From Antedon mediterranea (lineage: Eukaryota; Animalia; Echinodermata), in assembly GCF_964355755.1 (NCBI RefSeq), contig NC_092680.1:14393045-14457044 (forward strand): DNA of 64,000 nt, read 5' to 3'. Both the position numbers and the translations under genes were made by a program. Each line of letters starts with the position of its first letter. The stretch's first letter is position 1. Shown here one piece after another: positions 38,901-49,000 of the stretch. Under the pieces are notes generated by a model that had not been told where the DNA came from, searched no databases, and saw only the letters and a list, made by a program, of their open reading frames with translations.

Positions 38901-41090
38901 GTGCTACGACTTGCATTTTCAGGTATGGCAAGTAAAACTAAAAAACGAAAGAATTCTGAGCCCAAGAGAATTGTATCAGATGCGGCTATTGCTGGTAACC
39001 AATCAGAAAGTGACGACTTTGAGATAGAGCAAGATTGTTCTGATGATGTAGCTGATAAATCAGCCATAACCAGCTCATCAAATATTGACATTTATACAAA
39101 TAGTCATTCAAATGTTTTGCGGAACTTCTCTGTCATTGCAAAAGCTTCTATGGATGAAAAAAAAGCTAAACAAACTGTGAGAAAAGTGTCAACTCCAATT
39201 TTACCAATGCAGTCTTTGTTACAAATGCCAGAAAATGATAATCAACCCATTGATGAAACAGATTACCCAGACATCTTAAAAAATGATGAACTAAATGAAC
39301 CAGAAATAAATGATAACAATAATGCGCTGGAAGTTGATGCAATACAAGATACAATATCTGAGGAAAATTTTGAGGATACACTAAATTGCTTTCCAGAATT
39401 GAACATGGAAAATAATTGTAACCAGGATAAGAATTCTGATACAGAACGTTCACAATCACCAACAGGGTTTGCACCTGTTGCTGATAAGAGCCAGTACTAT
39501 GTGAAGTCAGAGCCAATCAATGAAGAAGATTGCCCGCAGCTTCAAAATCAACATTCATTGTCAAAGAAGAGGAATATGCTGGAAGAAGAACCATCATCAT
39601 CATGTAGTGTAGTGATCAAGCAAGAACCAACATCTGATGATGATCAAACATTACAGCTAAATGTCAATCAACCATATTTATTTACCATGCAACAAAGTAA
39701 ATTCAAATCTGATTTATCTGATGATGAAATAAATGATCAGGAATTAGATCTTGAAGATCCTGTTGATACTGAACTGAATGAAAATAACAAAAACAAAAGA
39801 AAACTGTCACTTTTTGAGCACATGTTATTACCATCTGGACAAGATCAAGGATCATCTGGAGAAGGCACAAGCATTTTGCAGAATTTGAATCAGAGTCAAG
39901 GAATGATCAGTTCTCTGTTGCGCAATATTGCAGAGCAGTTGAAGGAACCAAGGACAACAGCAGTTAATCATGAACCAATTTGGCAAACAAGAGCTACGCA
40001 AGAAACATGTGATGCTCAGTCGTCATTAGACTCGCAAAAGAGACTTCACAAAACAACGTATCCTATCACAAAACTCGCTTCACACTTGGTAAAGAAAAAG
40101 CACAAAATGAAGGCCCGTGACTCTGATAAGAATTTTAATTATAAAAGAAAAGATTTAAGAAATATTTATGTTGAAGGACCAAGTAGACGCACAAGATCTC
40201 ATTCATCAACTGATAATGTAACTAATCAAATTCCGGCATGGAACAGGCCAGATGATGATGAAGAAGAAATTGTCGATAGTAGTAGCAGCAGTAGTACTAA
40301 CAGGCGAAAAGCATCAAAAACAGTGAAAACATTTGTATGCAATTACAGAGACAACTCCCATCAATTTTCATCAAAGCCTGTCACATCAGGTGTTTGTTCC
40401 ACAACTCATTCTTCAACTACCATAAGTTCAATACCTACGAAAAAGGACTTCCAGGCAGAAAGACCTGAAAGACCAAAGCGACCATTTAATATCGTTCAAG
40501 CTATGACTGTAAGTTGTCCGAGCTCAACTGAAAGCACTTTTCCTCAGGGTACGCTGTTTGATTCAACCATCGGTCTTGTAGACACCCATCAGTCTTTGAG
40601 TCGTTTGAATCGCGGCAGACCGCATGCTCCCTCTCATAGCGCAAGCACCAGTTCCACTGTACATTCAGACTCTCATGAGGCACAGAGCGTTATGGCTTCA
40701 GGAAGTAACCTTGTAGACTCTCGATCTGATGCTCAGAATCCATTAATTCGTGGTTTACTTGAGATGAGGGCACCATTAAAACGAACTTTAATGCAGATGA
40801 AACAAGAGAATACAAAAAAATCTAAATTAGTCTTAGAGAGTGCTTCTACATCCCAAGATGTCGAAACATCTGAAAACTCAAGACTGAATATTAACAGCAT
40901 GTCAACGCAAACTGGAAATTATGTATGTGAACCGTGTGACATCATTTTTACTGACAGTGTGATGTATGTGCTTCACACTGGTTGTCATGGGAGACAACAT
41001 GCCTATGAGTGTAATCAGTGTGGTACAATCTGCAGAGACAAGTACGAGTTCATGATTCACTTTGTCCAAGGAATACACAACAGAGAATAG
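26903..41090 (+). CDS. FAM169: FAM169-family GNAT-like protein with long disordered region and C-terminal Ikaros/Hunchback-type C2H2 finger pair, 975 aa
   Basis: Exons 26903-27010, 28007-28103, 32160-32245, 36434-36605, 37338-37520, 38809-41090; GT-AG, 2928 nt in frame. VTSVGEKVILSVLNNIRY, FLPHSFDEYAKLLW..AVGFYTVK, QLSVLDTVYV..HRRQGYG..DF..DLGISEPVS and ERLW match FAM169A/B blocks. Ends YVCEPCDIIFTDSVMYVLHTGCHG..YECNQCG..RDKYEF..HFVQGIH. Confidence 0.88.
28234..28600 (+). mobile_element. 5' part of a Helentron/HINE-like element interrupted by a Penelope-like element
   Basis: Starts TTATT, then hairpin AGGCTATTGCTCT/AGAGCGATAGCCT, then ATTGTTATTGTT; same layout as the 5' end of the 32319-34708 element. 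Confidence 0.5.
28610..29775 (+). mobile_element. 5'-truncated, disrupted Penelope-like retroelement (RT thumb plus GIY-YIG endonuclease)
   Basis: FTMEEE..LPFLDV..VYRKPTHT..YLH, IPYLG; in-frame stop at 29075; PGVYCIPCEC.KVYIGE..RLKEH at about 29120-29210; hammerhead motif near the 3' end. Confidence 0.9.
29672..29735 (+). ncRNA. Minimal type I hammerhead ribozyme motif in the Penelope 3' pseudo-LTR
   Basis: CUGAGGA (29687-29693), extra C, stem II GAUCAA/UUGAUC, GAAA (29713-29716), palindromic ACGU mini-stem III, GUC cleavage triplet (29718-29720), stem I UUCUC/GAGAA. Confidence 0.75.
29778..30795. mobile_element. hAT-like non-autonomous element, right end damaged
   Basis: Left end CAGGGGCAGATCCAGG plus poly-G. 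Right subterminal GGGGCGTGCG..GCGCCCCCCCCTAGA lacks the final TIR bases, and no TSD is visible. Confidence 0.6.
31503..31664. repeat. 16-bp tandem array GGCCGA(G/C)TTGACTTG(A/G), probably a solo DNA-transposon terminus
   Basis: About 9 copies directly visible; I found no matching inverted array in the window. Confidence 0.75.
32319..34708 (-). mobile_element. Non-autonomous Helentron (HINE/DINE-like) with nested LINE
   Basis: On the minus strand: 5' GGTGATCATTT..AAATGATCACCTAT inverted repeat, (TTC)n microsatellite at 33605-33635, 3' subterminal GATCACCTAT, hairpin AATTCGTCA/TGACGAATT, then CTAGTT. Confidence 0.7.
33662..34650 (-). mobile_element. 5'-truncated LINE (Rex-Babar/L2-like) RT fragment
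   Basis: GAPQGCVISP, KYADDT, MIIDFRK, YKYLG..IDNKLKW, QRLYFLRK, DPTHPLH; one frameshift; (TTCTTGAATC)2 tail. Confidence 0.88.
36948..37084. mobile_element. Short palindromic MITE; partial copies at about 27860-27917 and 53520-53646
   Basis: Arms AATGAATGTTT..GTACAAATAATGGCAT / ATGCCATTATTTGTAC..AAACATTCATT; the same motifs recur at the other loci. Confidence 0.55.
38630..38758 (+). mobile_element. Helitron/Helentron-type 3' end
   Basis: Hairpin AACTCGTC/GACGAGTT followed by CAAATCTAGTT; shares CAATGGCATAATCGTTTTTCTGT with 44551-44573. Confidence 0.6.
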
Positions 41091-43469
41091 AATATTAATT
41101 TAGTCAACTCTCTTCAAACTGGACCTTTTTGACCACCAAATGTTTCAAATTCAGCCCAGTTTTTCTATTTTTCTGAGAAAGGTTTTTTTTTCCCATTTAA
41201 CAATTTTATTCTTTTATTATGATAACTTAATAACATAGCCAGGGGGGTTTTTATGGTTCATTCCATGGTGCCAAAAGTTATTCGTAAATTGTTAAACTCG
41301 ATTGTAAATAACTTGTACCTTCTTCCCTTATGAGCATACATCAATACATGTCTAAACTTCTTAGAGTTGCGAATGAATTGACGATTTCGCCTATAAAATA
41401 TACACATTTTAGTCCCTGGATGTAACATGATATCGACGTGTATATACATACCACAGTACAGCGAGCGATTTGTACAACTGCGTACCTATTGTTTAGTAGA
41501 TCAAATAAGGAATGCCGCAGTTAGCTACAGTATTTATGTGTGGCTATGAAGTATCATCATCTCATCATCATAGAGATATTATAGTGAATATTATAGTACA
41601 CTATAATATCTCTATGGTATCATGTACTGTAGTTTACATATATCCTCCAGTGTTTTTCTCTAGGCCACCTGCCAATACATCAACTATCGATATTTTTACA
41701 TTGATATATTTAATTTCCTCGACAAATGCAATCAAAATAAAGAGTGAATGACCATAACAATGTTATTGTCCTTTGGTTAGTCACAGTTTACCGGCGAAAA
41801 AAAGTACGATCGATTTTCTCATTGATAGCATGCTACATGAGTGTCTTTTGGAGTAATTTTAATGACATTTATCATGAATTTTATGTGCGAGAGTAGCATT
41901 TCCGGCCGTCTAGGGATGTCATTTAACAAAATTCGCTTCTGGCTCAAATACTTAGTTTCAATCCAATTCAAGGAATTATTTTCAGTGGCATAATGCAGAG
42001 GTTGGCACCCAACACAGGGGACAGAGAGTTATGAAGCACCCCTGGTCGAGTCATTAGCCGCTGTGATGTTTTATTCTGGGACCTCTGAGTTTAACCACTG
42101 AATGTTAATAGGCATTTACGTCACTGATTATTTGCAACCACAGTAATAAATTATTTATTTTTCGTAAATCTATCATCTGATCAATTATAACCATATTTTT
42201 TATTTAAATTATATTTTAGTAATTTCTGATATTTCTTGTTTTTGTAGGTGTATTGATTGATATCCAAAATTTGTACAAATGAAATTAATATAATGTTAAA
42301 TGTTTAATCACAGTGACAACTTATACTATAATTGTTGTCATTCATACAAAAAGTTTATATATACTGTTATTTGTATATACTGTAAAGTACTATCTAACAG
42401 CAGCAGACAATGAAATGTTCTTTTGTACAGAAGTTTATAAAGTGTTTCTACTGGCATGTTCAATTGTTCAACATTAATGGAAAAATGATTTTCATTATTT
42501 CATCAACATCATCATCATCATAAATTATAAAATAGGTACTTTTATTTGAGTATACTGATGCTGTACTGTTGGTTTATCAGACTATAAAGCCGCATCAATT
42601 TTGTTATGCCACATGCATGTGGCCCTCTCCGTTTGAGAAATCCTGGAGGCAACATTGAATTGAGTGCTACACAATTAAAGCACTTGGTTTACCGACTTTG
42701 TTCAGTCACACGTAACAATTTTGCGCAATTATTATTGGATAATTGTATATTTTGCTAATCTGTGTAAGCAATTGTATATCAACATGAATTTTCTTTTGGA
42801 CAAATAAAGTTAACTTTTTAGGAATAGCTACAATGGTCATTACTTGTCACTTGCAGATTTGCATAAATTTGCATTGGCCTTTAAATTCAGTAGTTGTATA
42901 ATTTCAGTGGAACCTTGATAAATGTGCCTAATTTATGAAAATGACTTTATTATTCATTAATTTCTGTTGATTTGTAACGATTGTCTTTCAGTTAATAGAT
43001 TATATTTATGTAAAATTTTGTGGCTGCATCTAAATGAATAAAAATGAATGAAAAACATGTAAATGTTGTGTTTTATAGCTTGACCGATTAATCTACACTA
43101 TGATTTATTAGGTTATGTATCTCCGGTCGCATATGATATGGCCTTTCATTTATACCAAACAGTTTGTCCATTGATATTTTAAAGAATAATTTAACCCACA
43201 AATGTGTTTTTTTGTTGTCATTTTTGGGTCAAAAGTAAAAGCATTTCCAGTCATTTTTTGCTGAAAATTGTGTTAGACCAATGTATGTAGATTCTGAACA
43301 ATTTGACACCAAAAGCAAATATTTATGAAAAGTGGTTGGCAAGATTGTAGAACCACACATTTTGGTACACATCCATGTTGTTCCTTGGGGTCGAATTATC
43401 CTATAACAGTTGAGATATTCCCTTCTAAATTAAATGCATACAAATCTGACCCAGGTGCTAGACTATTTT

Positions 43470-44676
43470 TGCGGATAACCCTTGTGATTGTAAGATCATC
43501 ATCTTTTTTGTCTTCTTCTTCTTTCTTTCTGTAATTTGTGTGGCTCGCATATCTGTAAAACTTGCAAACATAACATTTTGTAACAACATATTGTCATTCA
43601 CGTGAAGTTTTGCATCTAAGGTTTTCAAGACGTTTACAAATATGCAATTTTATGAATCTTGTGTCAAAAACGAAATAACATTTTAAAGTGAAACTTAGCA
43701 AAAGTGTAATTTATATAATGCACTACCTTTCTGATTAATAAATGCGAAAAATTTTTCTAATCACTTTGCTACGCATTTCATGTCATTTTAAGCATGTGTG
43801 CGCACGTAGCGTTGAAAACATTTTTTCGCATGAATTATATTTTTCCAGCCTTTGCTAGTAATTTTACCAAAGTTTAAACCATTTCTCCTTAAATTCACTT
43901 CAAATTAGACAATACATGCACGTTTTTGATGAAAAATGGTGAAATGGTAAGGTTTATTTTTATTACATATTCTGGAAGTTGTAGATATCGTATCAAGCAT
44001 CAATATGGCTAACCGGACATTGTGATGTCATCGTATGGCCATCCAAATATAAAATATAGAATTTTTTTCTCTTTCGTCATAGCTCATCTCATTTAATAGA
44101 GCGCATCTCCACTGATCATATGTACCTCAATTTCCGCACTATTTTGATATTGTCTTTTCAATAATTTACAGTTTTAAAAATGTTGACGTCGTCATGTTCA
44201 AAAGTGTTAATAACGTGGGTCACTTATTTTCATTATTACAGTAAATATCAATATGTTATAGCTTCTTAGAATGAAAAGTGATACTCATGATTTTCTGGAA
44301 GCTGTTGAATTGTAGATACGAATTCATGTACACATTTTGCTCATCGAATGTTGTGATGCCATTATTATGGCCAGTTGAATTACAAAAATCGTATTTTCAT
44401 ATTTTGCTTAATAATTTAAGAGTGCTCATCTTTTCTACGTATCCACTTCTTTACACTGCATGTAGTATGTATACAGTATATTGTGTCTACTGTGTATACA
44501 CTTAGGACACAAAATAGAGAGCACACTAACATTTTATTTTCTTCAGGTAACAATGGCATAATCGTTTTTCTGTGCACAATATTCTATTTTATTTTATTTA
44601 TTTATTTTTTTTAATTTCAACAATATTTATGAGGGTGATCCATCCAGCATAACTCCTCCAGAGTTCAAATCTAGTT
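43470..44676 (+). mobile_element. Helentron/HINE-like non-autonomous element
   Basis: TTC-rich tract near the 5' end, internal similarity to the 16200 and 32700 segments, and 3' GAGTTCAAATCTAGTT identical to 38743-38758. Confidence 0.5.
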
Positions 44677-44749
44677 AATATTTAATAGGAAATTATGTGA
44701 AATTCTGTTTTTTTGTTTGTTTGGTCATAATACACACATCCGTCAATTA

Positions 44750-45070
44750 ATCACCTTTTATGTTCCTGGACGGACTCTTAGATCATCTGATGATTTTTTA
44801 CTCTCTGTTCCACGCATAGCCACTAAAACCTTTGGTCATAGATCGTTTTCTTTTGCAGCACCCACACTATGGAATTCACTCCCCCCCACAAATTAAACAC
44901 TGCTCTTCTGTTGTCTTATTTTAAAAATTGCTCAAAACTCATTTTTTCGACCACTAACATGCCCAGCGCCTTTGATTTTGTACCTCGGTCTTTGAATTGA
45001 CGCTTTATAAATATTGATATAATAATAATAATACAATAATAATAATAATACAGTAATAATAATAATAATA
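44750..45070 (+). mobile_element. L2-like LINE 3' fragment
   Basis: Residual frame KTFGHRSFSFAAPTLWNSLP, 3' GCGCCTT..GACGCTTTATAAAT, and an (AAT)n tail. Confidence 0.75.
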
Positions 45071-46000
45071 TAGATCATACAGATCATACTGTATTTATTC
45101 ATTCACGTTTGTAGATGTTGCAGTGTTTTTAGTATGGGAATGATGTGTTTTACCATTGATACAAACTAAGGACTATTGATCTGTAATTTTTATCTTTATT
45201 TACGACTAAAGCAATGTTACCTTTATAGCTTTCACAAAATATTACAGTGCTCAGTTTTGAAAATTAATCTATTTGGAAGATTTCTACCACTTTTTATTTC
45301 CATGTTGAATTATAAAATAAAAAAGTAAAAAAAATCATTAAAATGATTCAGCTTCTACATAATGGGTTAATATTGCACATTAGAAACATTTGGCTAAAAC
45401 AAAAACAAGGTAGCCTCTCTTTGCAAAATGAGTCATTTAAAATGTATCTTGCAAAAAAAAAATATCAAATAGTGTTTAGTACACTATACTGTGTCTTAAA
45501 AAAAAAAGCATACAAAAATCTGAATTTGTTAAGACTAATATTGTTGCAAAAAAACCCTCCAAAAACCAAAACAATGTCAACTTCAAATACTGATTTTAAT
45601 GGTGTTTGTGTTTATGTAAATCTATATCAATCCTATGTAATTATAGGAAACAATGAAGAGCATAATGATACAGCAGATAGCAAAAAGCACATAAATCTAT
45701 GGATTAGCATAGATGACCAATTCAATTCTTCAATTCAATGCTTTCTATTTTAAGTCTCATTTTTAAAACTTCAAACATGCTTTGCCAACATGGAAATGTA
45801 TGAGAGCAAGCACAAATGCTATTACTTGAATTAATAGCAGTTAACAGTGAAAAAACAATCACAGCCATTATTCCAACTACTGTAGTGCTAGTGATAGCTA
45901 TCAATATTTTGTATGCTAAAGCTTATGTTATAGTATGCGCATGTGACACAATTGCAATCAAAATATAACAATCCACAATCAACCAACTATTACAATTGTT

Positions 46001-49000
46001 TCAATCTTCATCTGTTGAAGAATCGCTATGACAAGAGTGAGTAGAGTAGCATTTACTGAGGTTATACAACTTTTCTAGACTTTCCTTGTAATCATCAGTT
46101 TCAAGGCCGTACTGTTCATAAGTGTTGAATTTCTTTATGTCTAATTTGTTTGCTTCCTTGTGTAGTGTTTCTAATGTTGACTGGATGCCTGCTGTTGACT
46201 GGAGCGACGTAATCATTGGAACACTTCTTGTAACTATGAAAACAGTAATAAAAATAATGCTGGATTAGCTTAATTTAAATTTAAAGTACAACTAGTTTGA
46301 TGTACACAGATCTTTAAATGTGGAACAGTAAAAGTAAATGTATACAGTACCTTGTTGTTCTTGTCCTGGTCCAAGAAGGAATCCATCTTTACTTAAATTT
46401 GGAGGAAATATCCTAGGATATGGGGTGGCTACTCTTGACGGTTCTTGAACAACATTCCCTGAGCTTAAAAATAAATCCTCAAATGTTAGACAATACAATA
46501 AAAAGAGGATGACTGATTTTAAAGGGACAAATATATACAACAATCCAAATTAAAAATAAACTATTTTAACAGAAAAATAAAATATGAAAACTAAGAATAA
46601 AAAAAACAATTAAAAACTAAAAGATCTAAGAGCTAAGTGCTCTATAATCTTTCAAGAAATCTACTTTACCACAGGGTGTCATAAACAAAATCTGTATATT
46701 TTATTTTGTAAAGAGAAGAGTGTACATACTTCAAAGTTCTTGTGTAAGCAGTCATTAAATACATCTTAAGCATGTCCTCAGCAGTTGAGCAAGAGTCTAA
46801 GCTGGTCTTTGGAACACCATTTGATCGCCTATAACAAAAAAAAACCCAACATAATATTGGATCAATTTTTACCTTGTTCCTACCGCAAAATTAACTATCT
46901 ATATAATACTAATAGGGACTTTTTGATTTGCACATCCACTGTGTGGACTGATTTTATGATTTGCACATCGACTACCAAATTTCAGAACTTGTTCAGTGGC
47001 ATTTTGCTGTTCGCTCTCTGACTGAGTATGAGTGGATGTATGATGTCATAACACTGAAAAAGTTTACCAATATTATGATAAATAATGAGAGTTAGGCTAG
47101 GCCTAAGCTAAAAAGATAGCCTGGCTTAAGCTAAAAAGATAGCCTGGCCTAAGCCTGTGTATTACCACCGGCCCAGCATCAAAAAGTCTAAAAGTGCCTA
47201 ATATCTCAATGTTCTTACATGTATAACTTTCTTTGTGAGACTCCACGTAAGACGACTGACTGCATAAAAGGAGTGAGATGTAGGTTTGAATGAGGGGTTA
47301 GACTTTGCCACATTGGTATATCAGCATGCTTATTAAGTACTTCTGACAACGCTTCATCTTGCGTCATTGCAAATGGAAAGGAAGTATTCAATGTGGCAAC
47401 CTAAAAAATATAACAATTTAAAAGTTTTGAACATTAACAAATGCTATTACTTGGATTAATAGCAGTTAACAACAACTACTGTGGGCAATGGTAGCTATCA
47501 ATATTTTGTATGTTAAAGCTTATGTTACAGTGTATTGTTAATATATATTTAAATATAACAATTAATGTTTTGAACAATATTCCAAATAAAAGAAAAATGT
47601 TAATAAAGGCTTGATAAAATGACGATAAAAGATAAATTGGTTGAGGGCGCTGAGCTAGCTGACGACCTCGTTGATTTTCTCATGATTTTTTATTTTTTTG
47701 CTGTTGTTTTGTTAACTTTTTGATGTCGTATTGTGTTATGTCTGTAATTTTGCTGTTGTTTAGTGGATTTAATCATTGCTTTTTTTCGGTCATTTCGATT
47801 GATTTCCTGATTTTCATCTTATTTTCGATGAAATCTGCTAGGCCTATGCCGGACCAAGCCTGCTCTACTTGCTCTACTAACAGTTGTATGCCTTGCTGTT
47901 CTCAACTCACGCCTGGTAGCACTAACAGCTGGATTCCTACCAGGCCTAGGCTTCGGCCTAGCAAGAGAGGAAGACGTGGTGGTTCTCATATTCATCGACG
48001 TATACCAGTGAGAATTAGTTCTTATGCTTCTTTGCCTAACTCTAATAAAAGAAGGAAAAATATTACTCATTTTCTGCATCGACAACTGATAAACATCCCA
48101 TTATCAAATAATGTGGGTGCCAAGGATAGACCATCTTCTTGCCAACTACCTTTGTTTTTACTTACCAATGCTCAATCTCTTTGCAATAAACATGATGAAT
48201 TGAGTTTGTTATTAAACACCCAAGGGGTTGATGTTGGAGTATTTACTGAATCCTGGTATGGACCTCATATATGTAATGCTCAAATTCATGTTCAAGGATA
48301 TTCATATTTTGGCAAATGTAGAGAGGATCGACGTGGAGGCGGTGTGGCAATTTATGTGAAGGATAACATTGAATGTGCAATCCTTGACATCCCTGTACCA
48401 CCTGAATTGGAAGTCATTTGGATAAACTTAAAATGTTCTCGTCTACCAAGAGGAATATCATCAATCGTTGTTTGTGCTATCTACATCACAACAGACTCCC
48501 CATATCAACTTCTTCTTGAGCGGCATATTTGTGAAACGATTGACCTTATTCGTTCTAGATCACTTCAGACTGGTTTTTGCATTATGGGCGATTTCAACAG
48601 AATGAACATTAACTACATTTTACGTAATAACTGTTTAAAACAAATTGTTAATTTTCCAACCCGTGAACTTGCTACATTAGACCTCATCTTGACTAATTTT
48701 GAAACTAAATACCATACCCCAGAAGCGATGTCTCCTCTTGGTTTTAGTGACCACATCTGTATTTTATGGAAACCTAAAGTTCAAGCTATCAAAAATGTTG
48801 TTAAATCTATAAGTGTTCGTCCCTTATATGATACCAGAATAAGATCGTTTGGCACCTGGATTGTATCTCAGAATTGGAATGATATTTATAGCTGCATTTC
48901 TACACAGAGTAAAGTTGATGCTTTCTATTACAAACTGATCACTGCTATTAATAAGTTTTTCCCGTTGAAAAATATTAAAACGCACAATACTGATAAACCT

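Noticed and set aside
38808-41090. Standalone Ikaros/hunchback gene
   Set aside because: No N-terminal DNA-binding fingers. The ORF begins at a splice acceptor and its first residues continue the FAM169 domain.
47437-47527. Intronic snoRNA or SECIS
   Set aside because: No correctly placed C/D or H/ACA boxes on the host strand, no SECIS core, and MSTO1 has no internal UGA.
47639-47830. HDV-like ribozyme at the LINE 5' end
   Set aside because: I could not build the nested double pseudoknot by eye; a descriptor search would be needed to exclude it.
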